Virus record (IMG/VR): IMGVR_UViG_3300037751_000749
Span: 1 to 33,477 of that record
Direction: 5' to 3' (one strand)
DNA: 33,477 bases
Source: a virus
Lineage: Duplodnaviria; Caudoviricetes
How positions within the stretch are numbered: position 1 is the stretch's first letter; every line of letters starts with the position of its first letter. Positions 8,131 through 15,866 of the stretch are shown here, piece by piece. The position numbers and the translations under genes are program-made. The notes beneath the pieces were generated by a model. The model saw only the letters and a program-made list of their open reading frames with translations. It ran no database searches and had not been told where the DNA came from.

Positions 8131-8460
8131 GGGAGAGGGCTGAGGAGGCACGCATGGAGGATCGCCACATGGAGCTAGCGAACATTACCGGCGAGATGCT
8201 CCGCGCGCTGCAAGACGCGTACGTGCAGCAGCGCCCGGTCACCATCCGTCAGACCGTCATCTTCCCGACGACGATCGATGAGGAGTCCGCTGCCGAGATG
8301 CTCGGCGTGCTGCGCGAGACGGAACGCGCGCTGCGCGAGCCGCCCTCCTCCGAGGTAAGCGGCATCATCACGCACCTGACGTACGGCAGCGGGACGAGTT
8401 TCATCGTGGCGCACGTCACGCTCGCCGCCGTCGATCCGCTCCTGCTGGGGGCGCGCTGAG
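8112..8460 (+). repeat. 20-bp perfect direct repeat flanking a moron
   Basis: CCTGCTGGGGGCGCGCTGAG at 8112-8131 and 8441-8460. Confidence 0.92.
8154..8459 (+). CDS. Hypothetical moron protein
   Basis: GAGGAGG RBS (alternative ATG at 8169); ends in LLGAR* exactly like the integrase. Confidence 0.7.
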   Translation: MEDRHMELANITGEMLRALQDAYVQQRPVTIRQTVIFPTTIDEESAAEMLGVLRETERALREPPSSEVSGIITHLTYGSGTSFIVAHVTLAAVDPLLLGAR

Positions 8461-8467
8461 CGGCTTT

Positions 8468-8705
8468 TGCCCCCGGTAAGCCCCCAGCAGGAGGGGTCAC
8501 CCACCGAAAGCGAGGGGGTACCTCCCGGAAACACTGGATGCCAGGCCGGGATTCGAACCCGGACCAAGGGATTCAAAGTCCCCTCCAGCCACCCCGCCAC
8601 GCACCGCCACACCCCGCCGGGCCAACGTTCGAGGGCTCCCGCACCCACTCCGCCGCGCCCCGCCGCGCCCGCCCGCGCCGCGTATGCCCCCAATAAGCTC
8701 CGGCA
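8468..8705. promoter_or_regulatory. Putative attP arm-type and Xis sites
   Basis: TGCCCCCGGTAAGCCCCCAGCA (8468-8489) and TGCCCCCAATAAGCTCCGGCA (8685-8705) flank the core; 10-bp-period repeats ACCCCGCCAC/GCACCGCCAC/ACCCCGCCGG at 8591-8620. Confidence 0.55.
8535..8583 (-). other. attP core: 3' half of tRNA-Gln(TTG)
   Basis: Minus strand GGGGA-CTTTGAA-TCCCT-TGGT-CCGGG-TTCGAAT-CCCGG-CCTGGCA-T-CCA gives anticodon arm, T arm and 3' acceptor strand; no 5' acceptor strand or D arm upstream. Confidence 0.9.
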
Positions 8706-8714
8706 CCGAGGGCA

Positions 8715-8771
8715 CAGAGAAGGCCCGCCACCCCCCGAGCCCCTTCAGAGCCTCGAGGTGATGGCGGGCCT
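8715..8771 (-). terminator. Intrinsic terminator-like hairpin ending the late transcript
   Basis: AGGCCCGCCA (8721-8730) / TGGCGGGCCT (8762-8771) stem, extended by G-U pairs on the minus strand, followed by UCUCU. Confidence 0.65.
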
Positions 8772-8830
8772 GTTGCTCGACCGCGTTGTACGCCGCCGCG
8801 GTCGAGCCTGGGCTATTCGCCCGCTCCCAC
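8715..8830 (-). ncRNA. Candidate three-hairpin small RNA
   Basis: TATGAT -10 (8842-8837), hairpins GGGC-GAATA-GCCC, an 11-bp perfect stem 8775-8785/8797-8807, then the terminator hairpin. Confidence 0.35.
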
Positions 8831-8848
8831 CGTCAGATCATAACCCGA

Positions 8849-8977
8849 CTATGTCGGGCAGCGGGGGTGCTCGATCCAGGTCTCGCGGTTACGGGAGTCC
8901 GGCACGCGCCACAGGTGATCGTCCAGCGGCTTCGAGCACAGCAGGCAGACCCCGTGCGCCGCCGTCGGCGCCGCCAC
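8849..8977 (-). CDS. Small Zn-finger-like peptide
   Basis: CLLCSKPLDDH...HPRC immediately after the holin. Confidence 0.45.
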   Translation of the reverse strand: MAAPTAAHGVCLLCSKPLDDHLWRVPDSRNRETWIEHPRCPT

Positions 8978-8979
8978 GG

Positions 8980-9201
8980 TCAGCGGGCCCCGCCCGCGCC
9001 CTCGATCGTCCCCAGCTTCTGGCGGGCGTAGACCGTCACCACCGTGATCACCCCACCGAGGCCCGACAGCCCCGCCATCTGGATCGCGGAGAGCTCGACC
9101 CAGTTCAGCCCGGCCGCCGCAAGCGACGCTCCGAACAGCGCCACGAACGTCCACACCGCCCGCCACCATAGGTCCACGAGCTCTCGTTTCGTCGGTGCCA
9201 T
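8980..9201 (-). CDS. Holin (r1t-like)
   Basis: 73 aa, two hydrophobic helices, WRAVWTFV resembles the r1t-type RAxxTF motif; AGGAGG RBS; last position of the late operon. Confidence 0.78.
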   Translation of the reverse strand: MAPTKRELVDLWWRAVWTFVALFGASLAAAGLNWVELSAIQMAGLSGLGGVITVVTVYARQKLGTIEGAGGAR

Positions 9202-9211
9202 CGCAAGCCTC

Positions 9212-10090
9212 CTACTCGATCGCGTCCCCGAACTCCGCCGTCAGCGAGCCGATCAGCAGCCGGCCGCGGCCGTTCGAGGTGTGCAGCTCGTCCAGCAGCT
9301 TCGCCTGGTCGTCCCGCCTCACCAGGATCAGGTCGTTCACCCAGCCCGGCTCCGTCGCCGTCCAGCGCTCCGGGATCTCCTCGAAGATCGCGTGCCGGCG
9401 CCAGGTCGCGATCTCGTCCGGCGTCGCCAGCATCGGGTTCGGGTAGCGCGGGGGGCTGCCGCCCTTGTAGCCGCCGGCGAAGTTGGCGTAGCCGTAGCCC
9501 ATGATCGACTCCAGCGCGTTTGCGACCGGATCCGAGAGCCCGGTCAGCGGGTTCGGCGTGTGGTGCCGGCCCAGCGCATGCCCCACCTCGTGCGCCGCGT
9601 AGAGCAGGTTGTTGCGGTACAGCTCCCCCTCGAGGCCAGACGCCACGGCGTTCGCGATCTGCCCGAAGCCGTTGGTCGCGATCCCCCCGAGCGCGGGGTC
9701 CGCCACCTCCAGTTCGCCGAGCTCGTTGATGTGGCCGTCGAACTCGTGCGGCGCCGCCGGCTGCGCGATCCCCGTCACGTCGGTCAGGCGGTTCGCGTGC
9801 CAGACGCAGTACACGTCGTCGCGCTCGTCGTGGCCGGCCGCCCGCAGCACCGCCCAGGCGTCCCACCAGCTCGCCGAGGTGTTCCGCACCCCCGCCGTGC
9901 GCACCAGCGGGTCCATCGGCTTCGAGGAGTGGAGCTGGACCGTCTGCGTCGTGTAGCGCATCGCCTTCTTGGTGATGCGGTTGAAGACCCGCGAGACGTC
10001 CTGCACCATCTGCCCCGCCGCGAAGCGATGCCCGTGCGTCACCGCGAAGGGCGTGTCCGGGTAGGTGATGATCACCGGGACCAGCTGCAT
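9212..10090 (-). CDS. Metzincin zinc metalloprotease in the endolysin position
   Basis: HEVGHALGRHH (9592-9560) plus Met-turn SIMGY (Met at 9502-9500); GGAGGAGG RBS; no signal peptide. Confidence 0.85.
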   Translation of the reverse strand: MQLVPVIITYPDTPFAVTHGHRFAAGQMVQDVSRVFNRITKKAMRYTTQTVQLHSSKPMDPLVRTAGVRNTSASWWDAWAVLRAAGHDERDDVYCVWHANRLTDVTGIAQPAAPHEFDGHINELGELEVADPALGGIATNGFGQIANAVASGLEGELYRNNLLYAAHEVGHALGRHHTPNPLTGLSDPVANALESIMGYGYANFAGGYKGGSPPRYPNPMLATPDEIATWRRHAIFEEIPERWTATEPGWVNDLILVRRDDQAKLLDELHTSNGRGRLLIGSLTAEFGDAIE

Positions 10091-10103
10091 CGTCGCCTCC
10101 TCC

Positions 10104-10469
10104 CTACGGCATCGGGATCTGCCCCGTCGCGGCGGTCGCGGCGACGGTGGCCGAGACGACAACGGCGACGAGCGCGCCGAGCCGATCCCACCACCCGAGC
10201 CGGGACGCGTCCCGCTTCGAGGCGTCGACGCGCAGCTCCGCCGCCAGCTCGTGGAGCTGGGCTTGCGTCGCGCGCCCCTCGTCACGCAGCTCGTAGATCA
10301 GGTCGGCCAGCAGCGCGATCCGACGATCCACGGGGAGCGCCATGATCGCCGACACGCGGACCGAGCGATCGACTTCGCTAAAGCTGTCCGCCTGCTGCAC
10401 CAGCACCCTCGCATCCGATTCGTTGAGCTCGGACCCCTGTGCGTCCGTGCTCGCCTCTTCCATTGTCAT
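10104..10469 (-). CDS. Coiled-coil protein with C-terminal TM helix (lysis-associated)
   Basis: Heptad-like region then LGALVAVVVSATVAATAA; AAGGAG RBS; first gene of the lysis cassette. Confidence 0.7.
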   Translation of the reverse strand: MTMEEASTDAQGSELNESDARVLVQQADSFSEVDRSVRVSAIMALPVDRRIALLADLIYELRDEGRATQAQLHELAAELRVDASKRDASRLGWWDRLGALVAVVVSATVAATAATGQIPMP

Positions 10470-10509
10470 AGCGGCTCCTTCAGTGCCACCGACCTCCCGA
10501 GACTGCGGC

Positions 10510-13185
10510 TCACAGATCCTCCTTGATCGTGAACACCGCCCGCGTGCGCCCGCCCCGCTCGATGAACCACTCCGCCGTCTCCAGCCAGCCCGACACATCG
10601 AGGTCCGTGCGCGGGTCGAGCACCCGCAGCAGATCGCCGATCTCCGCCTCCAGCACGTCCGTCAGCGTCGCCGTCGTGCGGTCGCCGTGGACCTCGAACG
10701 CCACCACCGGCCGCGCCGTGCCGTAGGCCGTCACGACGTCGTCCGCCAGCCCCTGCATGTCGCTCTGCGCGAGCTCCTGGCGCAGCGGGTAGCCGCGCAG
10801 CCCCTTGTCGCCGCTGCCCGACATCACCGTCCCGCTCGCCGCCACCACGTACGGGATCGCGCGCAGCCGGAACCCCTCCGCGTTGTCGGCCGGCCGTCCC
10901 GAGTAGGTGTGCGGGCCCCCCGAGGCGGGCGCGGTGAAGGTCACCTCCACCTCCGTCCCGGAGGTGCGGCTGAGCGTCACGCTCGCCGGCGCGTTGCCGT
11001 CGGTCACCTCGAAGTCGGCGTCCTCCAGCGGCGTCGCCGCGCTGGCGAACGGCAGCGCCCCGGCGATCTTCGCGACGACCGTCGCGGACGCGCTGTTGGC
11101 GAGTGTGATGTCCTCGCCATGCGTGTAGACCGTCGCCTTCTGCGGCGAGATCACGAACCCGAAGACACGGTTGTTGACGCCGGTCCCGTAGGTCGCCTGC
11201 GGGTTCTCGTCGCTGTCGTCGGTGCTGATCTTGTAGTAGCTCACCATCCGCTTCGTGCTGGAGGTGGTGAGGATCTGGGTATAGCCGGCCGGGATGGTGA
11301 CCGCCGCGGTGGCGTCGATCGACGCGAACAACAGCAGCATCTGATCGGCCTCGTCGACGGTCAGCGACGCCGAGAGGTCGGCCGGGGAGGCGGTGTCGGT
11401 GCCGGTCTGCTGGTCGTCGTAAGGCGTCGCCTCCCAATCCGGGATCCCGCGCACCGCGACGATCTGGAGGATCCCGTCGTCCGCGCTGAATGGTGTCCAG
11501 ACCGGCGTCGTGCCCTTCACGTCGGCGGCGCTCGCGTAGGCCATCACCCCGTACATGTTGCCGTCGCTGAACTGCGTCCCGACCACGGTCCAGGGCGGGG
11601 TGCCCGGCACCGTGATCGAGTTTCCGCCGGCGTCTTCGACCATCGCCATCGCGAACAGCCAGTCGGTGTCCTCCAGCGTGGCCGGGATCGCGATCTCCAT
11701 GCTCGTGTCGCTGGCGGTCATCGTCGTCGCCTGCGAAAAGACGATCCGCGGCGCCGCCGTCTCCGCGCGCGCCAGCGTCCGCCACGGCAACGACGCCTTG
11801 TCGATCACCCCGCGCGTCCCGCGGTCGAAGCGCAGGATCCGCGAGTACACGGGCTCCGTCGTGTGCCCGCGGTAGGTGTTCTGCACCACCGTGCAGCGCG
11901 TCTGCGTGGTCCGGTAGTTCGAATCCTCGAAGACGAAGTTGCCCTCGCCGTCGACGCGGATCTGGGCGAGCGGGCCCTCGGTGTTGCGCAGCGCCGTCAG
12001 CTCGCGCCAGGGGTCCATCTCGCTCGACAGCCACCACGCCGTGAGCGAGCGGTCGGCGGTGTCGAGGGTGCGCTTCCCGGCCGGCCAGCCGATCGCGTCG
12101 AGCAGCGAGTCGATGCACTGGTCGATCCGGTTGCCGAGCAGGAGCGGGGTGCTGAACCCGGTCCGCCCGACGTACTCCCCCATCAGGTCGTGGGCGTCCA
12201 CGCGCGCCACCTGGCGCGGAATCGCGCCGTCCGGGGCGTAGTTGCGGATCGGGCCCTCGAACAGCGGATAGGTCACCGAGGCGTGCGTGGCGTGCACCCG
12301 CGTCGGGTCACCTTCGTCGTAGCCCTGGCCGTCGTTGTAGGTGCCGTCCTGGTTGTCGAGCTCGTAGCTGCAGGTGTTGACGCGCGGCTGGACGATCCCC
12401 TGCGCCACGTCGTTCCCGGTACGGATCGAGATCGCCGGCTGCTGCCGCACGTCGTCCGTGACGTCGTGCCCCGCCTCCGCCCAGTTGTCGTCGCGGTCCT
12501 TGTCGATCTGGACGAGCCACGTCGCGGGGTCCTGCGCCGCTTCCCCCGCCTGGGCGGCCAGCACCTCGACCGCGAGGTGGGCGAAGGAGTCCGAGGCCGG
12601 CAGCGTCCAGGACATGACGCCGCCGTCGGCGCCGGATTGGGTGGAGACGCCGAGCCGTACATTGGTTCCGCTTTGATCGTCGTCGGCGATCTCCGTCTGG
12701 TCCGCGCCGGGGGACATCGCACCGGTGGCGATCGTCGCGCGGTGCGAGACCCCGTCGACCAGCAGGCTGTCCGCCTCGACCGCGCCCAGATCGATGCTGC
12801 TCGAGGAGGCCGTGCCGTGGTTGTTGTCGTTCAGCCCCTCCCACGAGGGGTTGGCGCCCGAGAAGTCGACGCTGGCGGCGACGTACCCCTGCTCCGAGGT
12901 GTCGTAGTCGACCGACAGGGTGTGCGTCCCGACGGTCGGGCCCGGGAGCGCGAAGAGCACGATTCGGCGCTTCAGGCCGTCGGTGCCCGCGTCGTCATCG
13001 ACGATGTCGTGGACCTTGGTGAGCGCCCCGTCCAGATCCGAGCTGAGCGTCGCGTTCGACTGGGTGCGGCGCAGGGCGACCCAGACCAGCAGCAGCAGAT
13101 CATCGCCCGCCGCCACCGCGTGCGTGTTGAGGGCGCCCGCCGCAGTGCCGTCGCTGACGACGGTGGTCCGCGCGGTGGGCGCCAT
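10510..13185 (-). CDS. Large tail-tip/hub protein with inserted beta-sandwich domains
   Basis: 891 aa; LDNQDG...LFEG.I...A.D.MG, LLDAIGWP...TEG....VDGEGNFVF and C-terminal EIGDLLRV hub-like segments. Confidence 0.75.
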   Translation of the reverse strand: MAPTARTTVVSDGTAAGALNTHAVAAGDDLLLLVWVALRRTQSNATLSSDLDGALTKVHDIVDDDAGTDGLKRRIVLFALPGPTVGTHTLSVDYDTSEQGYVAASVDFSGANPSWEGLNDNNHGTASSSSIDLGAVEADSLLVDGVSHRATIATGAMSPGADQTEIADDDQSGTNVRLGVSTQSGADGGVMSWTLPASDSFAHLAVEVLAAQAGEAAQDPATWLVQIDKDRDDNWAEAGHDVTDDVRQQPAISIRTGNDVAQGIVQPRVNTCSYELDNQDGTYNDGQGYDEGDPTRVHATHASVTYPLFEGPIRNYAPDGAIPRQVARVDAHDLMGEYVGRTGFSTPLLLGNRIDQCIDSLLDAIGWPAGKRTLDTADRSLTAWWLSSEMDPWRELTALRNTEGPLAQIRVDGEGNFVFEDSNYRTTQTRCTVVQNTYRGHTTEPVYSRILRFDRGTRGVIDKASLPWRTLARAETAAPRIVFSQATTMTASDTSMEIAIPATLEDTDWLFAMAMVEDAGGNSITVPGTPPWTVVGTQFSDGNMYGVMAYASAADVKGTTPVWTPFSADDGILQIVAVRGIPDWEATPYDDQQTGTDTASPADLSASLTVDEADQMLLLFASIDATAAVTIPAGYTQILTTSSTKRMVSYYKISTDDSDENPQATYGTGVNNRVFGFVISPQKATVYTHGEDITLANSASATVVAKIAGALPFASAATPLEDADFEVTDGNAPASVTLSRTSGTEVEVTFTAPASGGPHTYSGRPADNAEGFRLRAIPYVVAASGTVMSGSGDKGLRGYPLRQELAQSDMQGLADDVVTAYGTARPVVAFEVHGDRTTATLTDVLEAEIGDLLRVLDPRTDLDVSGWLETAEWFIERGGRTRAVFTIKEDL

Positions 13186-13551
13186 CTAGTCGAGTACCCC
13201 GTGCACGTGCAGCCGCAGGAGCTGCGGGTAGTACGGGTCGTTGGTGACCTTGAACGCCACCAGGTAGGGCGTCGTCTGCCGCGGGTTGTCCGAGACGCCG
13301 AGGGTCTGCATCTCGGCGTCGGTCAGCGTCAGCGTCACGATCCCGCTGGCGGCCGTCGTAAGGGCGACGGCGTGGTCCTCGAGCGCGGTGTCGACGGACG
13401 TCGCCGGGGCGCTCTCAGCACGGGCCGTCGCCACCACCGTCTTCCCGGTCAGGTTCAGCGCCGCCCCGTCCCGCTTGAGGGTGGCGGTCACGGTCAGAGG
13501 ACCCCGGTTCGGCACCGTGCCACCCTCGACGATCGTCGCGAGCTTGCTCAT
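13186..13551 (-). CDS. BppU N-terminal-like baseplate/tail protein
   Basis: ALNLTGKTV...AASGIVTLTLTDAEMQTL pattern. Confidence 0.65.
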   Translation of the reverse strand: MSKLATIVEGGTVPNRGPLTVTATLKRDGAALNLTGKTVVATARAESAPATSVDTALEDHAVALTTAASGIVTLTLTDAEMQTLGVSDNPRQTTPYLVAFKVTNDPYYPQLLRLHVHGVLD

Positions 13552-14714
13552 ATCGAGTCCACCTCCACCGTCAGGGTCGCGACCCCGTCGAGCGTGGGCG
13601 TGAGCACCTTCACCCCATCGAGCACCGGCGAGAGCACCCCCACGCCGTCCAGGATCGCCTCGATCGTGTGACGCAACACCACCCCGGGCAGTGCCGTCGT
13701 AGCCGCCGGCGTCAGGGTGACCGTGACCGCGCCGGCGAGCGTCTCGTTGAACAGCGCCTGCATCCCCGACGCGACGGTGACGCCCACCGTGGCCGCGCCC
13801 GCGATCGTCTCGTTGAACGAGGCGGCCAGGCCCGCCGCCGGGGTGACACCCACGGTCACCGCCCCGACGATCTGCGGCGCCTGCGTTACCTCGAACGCGG
13901 CCTCGATCGTGAGCGTGACGGTCGAGCCGCCCGCGAGCGTCTCGTTGAACGAGGCGTCGAGCGCGGCCGCCGGGGTGACGCCCACGGTGGAGGCGCCGGC
14001 GATCGCGTAGTTGAGATCCGCGTCCATGCCGGAAGCGGGGGTGAGCGTGACCGTCGAGGTGCCCTCGAGGACCTCGTTGAACAGCGCCTGCATCCCGGCC
14101 GCCACCGAGACGCCCACCGTGACGGCGCCGGCGATCGTCGGGTTGATCCCGCCCCCACCAGCGGTGTAGTCGATGTCGAGCTTCGCCGCCTCGGTGGGGT
14201 CGTTGTCATAGCTGCTGGTAACGGCGACTCCGCCATCTGACGATCCGTCGTCGAGGTGCATGATCTGAATCTCGGCGGGATCGAACGAGTCAGCGATCTC
14301 CTGGATCACCGAAATGACCGAGGGGCTTTCGGTGAACGCGGACACCGAGAGGCCGGGGCTGTCCCAGTCGACGCCCGCCGTGGTCAGCCCACTGTTCTCG
14401 ATTGCGAGCGCCTCTGTGAGGTCGGTCGGGGCCGCTGGTGACTCCACGTCGTGCGCCCAGATCTTCGTCAGCGGCGTGCCGGAATCCGTAACGTTGCCCC
14501 AGAGTGAGTAGATGGCGGCGTCGATCGTCGCGCCGCTGAGGCCGGAAACGCCGGTGAAGCGTGCCCAGGTGCCTATGATGTCTAGGGTCGAGGCCGCGTG
14601 GTTGCCGACCTGACCGGCGGTGACGCTGGCCGAGAAGTTCGTCGCCGTGCCGTCGTCTGAGGAGAACCGGCCGTCGTCCCCCGACGCGCCCACCTGCAAG
14701 TTCAGCGTGGTGAT
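13548..14714 (-). CDS. Tail fibre/RBP: DNRLRE-like head domain plus seven 22-aa repeats; start codon uncertain (ATC 14714, TTG 14699 or GTG 14693)
   Basis: ARFTGVSGLSGATIDAAIYSL...AAKLDIDY domain, GGGG linker, tandem repeats. Confidence 0.7.
   Translation of the reverse strand: MTTLNLQVGASGDDGRFSSDDGTATNFSASVTAGQVGNHAASTLDIIGTWARFTGVSGLSGATIDAAIYSLWGNVTDSGTPLTKIWAHDVESPAAPTDLTEALAIENSGLTTAGVDWDSPGLSVSAFTESPSVISVIQEIADSFDPAEIQIMHLDDGSSDGGVAVTSSYDNDPTEAAKLDIDYTAGGGGINPTIAGAVTVGVSVAAGMQALFNEVLEGTSTVTLTPASGMDADLNYAIAGASTVGVTPAAALDASFNETLAGGSTVTLTIEAAFEVTQAPQIVGAVTVGVTPAAGLAASFNETIAGAATVGVTVASGMQALFNETLAGAVTVTLTPAATTALPGVVLRHTIEAILDGVGVLSPVLDGVKVLTPTLDGVATLTVEVDSI
13683..14144 (-). repeat. Seven tandem 66-bp (22-aa) coding repeats
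   Basis: NPTIAGAVTVGVSVAAGMQALF / NEVLEGTSTVTLTPASGMDADL / NYAIAGASTVGVTPAAALDASF and four more. Confidence 0.88.
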
Positions 14715-15214
14715 ACGGTCGTACCCCCACTCCGCACCGCACCTCTGAGCGCCCGCACGTCCTGCCGGTTCGCCACCCCGGAGGCCGCGACCCGCTCGAT
14801 CGCCTCCCCGACCCGCTGCACCCGCTCGACCCCGCCGATGCGGAACGGCTTCGAGGCGTCGCCCGTGTGATCGCCCGAGTAGCCCCGCGCCTCGGCCCGC
14901 TCGATGTACGCCTCGATGTTCGCCAGCACGACCGCCGGGGTGTCGACGGTGTAGGTCTCCCGCTCCCACTCGGTCTCGTCGTCCGGCTCGAGCGTCTCGG
15001 GGTCCATGAACACCCCGTCGGACAGCCGCTTCAACCAGCCGTCGCCGTTCGTGACGACGCGCTCGGCCTCGTCTAGCAGTTGCATCCGAAAGTCGTTCAC
15101 CAGGTCGGGCGGATCGCCGTCCAGCCGTGCCGCCTCGTCGATCCAGAAGTGCACCAGCACGTACGTCAGCCCGGTGGCCGCCTCGGTGCTGATCTCCTGG
15201 ATCTGGTAGCGCAT
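14702..15214 (-). CDS. Hypothetical acidic tail-region protein
   Basis: MRYQIQEISTEAATGLTYVLVHFW...; phage-like codon usage; may originally have stopped at 14711 (see findings). Confidence 0.7.
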   Translation of the reverse strand: MRYQIQEISTEAATGLTYVLVHFWIDEAARLDGDPPDLVNDFRMQLLDEAERVVTNGDGWLKRLSDGVFMDPETLEPDDETEWERETYTVDTPAVVLANIEAYIERAEARGYSGDHTGDASKPFRIGGVERVQRVGEAIERVAASGVANRQDVRALRGAVRSGGTTVSPR

Positions 15215-15307
15215 GGGATCAACGCCGCCGGGCGAGGCAGCAACCTCCACCCGGCGGCTGGCGCGTAGCGTCTGAACCCCACCACGCGCTTGCGGCGGAT
15301 ACTAGCA
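15215..15307 (-). promoter_or_regulatory. Internal extended -10 promoter with two-hairpin leader
   Basis: TGC-TAGTAT (15307-15299); stems GCGCGUGGUG/CGCUACGCGC and GCCGCCGGGUGGAGG/CCUCGCCCGGCGGC. Confidence 0.5.
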
Positions 15308-15336
15308 CTGTGGCGCCCCTGGACCTCGCCCCGCGC

Positions 15337-15864
15337 CTAGGCGATCGTGATGTTCGGCGTGATCGCGTACGTGTCGCCGTCGTTCAGGTCGTAGGGGCCG
15401 GCGGCGTCGATCTCGACGACCAGCAGGCGCGCCGTCCCGCCCGCGCTCACCGACGCGATGAAGTACCCGTACACGTTGGCCGAGTAGTCCGAGCCGCTGA
15501 CCGTGAACGTCTGCTGCGCGTACGAGGCCACCCCACCCGTCACGCTCCACGAGGCGTCAGTGAGCGTCTTCCGCCCGTAACCCCCGCCGGTCGGCTCCGC
15601 GATCGTCGCCTCGGTGATCGTCTCGCCCGGCGCCGTGTCGGTGAACAGGCCCATTTCGAGCGTCGCGTCACGGTCGGCGTGCGTCCGCTGGAAGATCACC
15701 TGCCCAATCAGCGTCTCGCCCTCGTCGGGCGTGAAGCCGGCGCCGCCGCCCACAGGCAGCAACCCCAGCCGCGTGCACTCCTCGAGGAACGACGCCAGGT
15801 TCCCCGCGGGCGTGATCAGGTCTCGGTACGGCGCGAGCGGCGACTCTGCAGGAATCAGCAGCAT
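15337..15864 (-). CDS. Minor tail protein
   Basis: LEMGLFT...EPTGGGYGRK...FT...VYGYFI...LNDGDT, a pattern common in small siphovirus tail-tip proteins. Confidence 0.75.
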   Translation of the reverse strand: MLLIPAESPLAPYRDLITPAGNLASFLEECTRLGLLPVGGGAGFTPDEGETLIGQVIFQRTHADRDATLEMGLFTDTAPGETITEATIAEPTGGGYGRKTLTDASWSVTGGVASYAQQTFTVSGSDYSANVYGYFIASVSAGGTARLLVVEIDAAGPYDLNDGDTYAITPNITIA

Positions 15865-15866
15865 GG

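Noticed and set aside
8535-8615. Complete phage-encoded tRNA-Gln
   Set aside because: No 5' acceptor strand (TGCCAGG) or D arm; only the 3' half is present, so it is treated as the attP core
8649-8681. CCGCGCCC micro-repeats
   Set aside because: Low-complexity GC tract that cannot be distinguished from background, though it lies in the attP arm
10342-13671. 1109-aa + strand ORF and other long antisense ORFs (4771-6576, 25223-27391, 28446-30335 etc.)
   Set aside because: Arg/Pro-rich shadow frames of real minus-strand genes in very GC-rich DNA; no motifs or RBS
13683-14144. CRISPR array or DGR TR/VR pair
   Set aside because: Repeats are in-frame, degenerate 66-bp coding units without spacers; no cas gene or reverse transcriptase in the window
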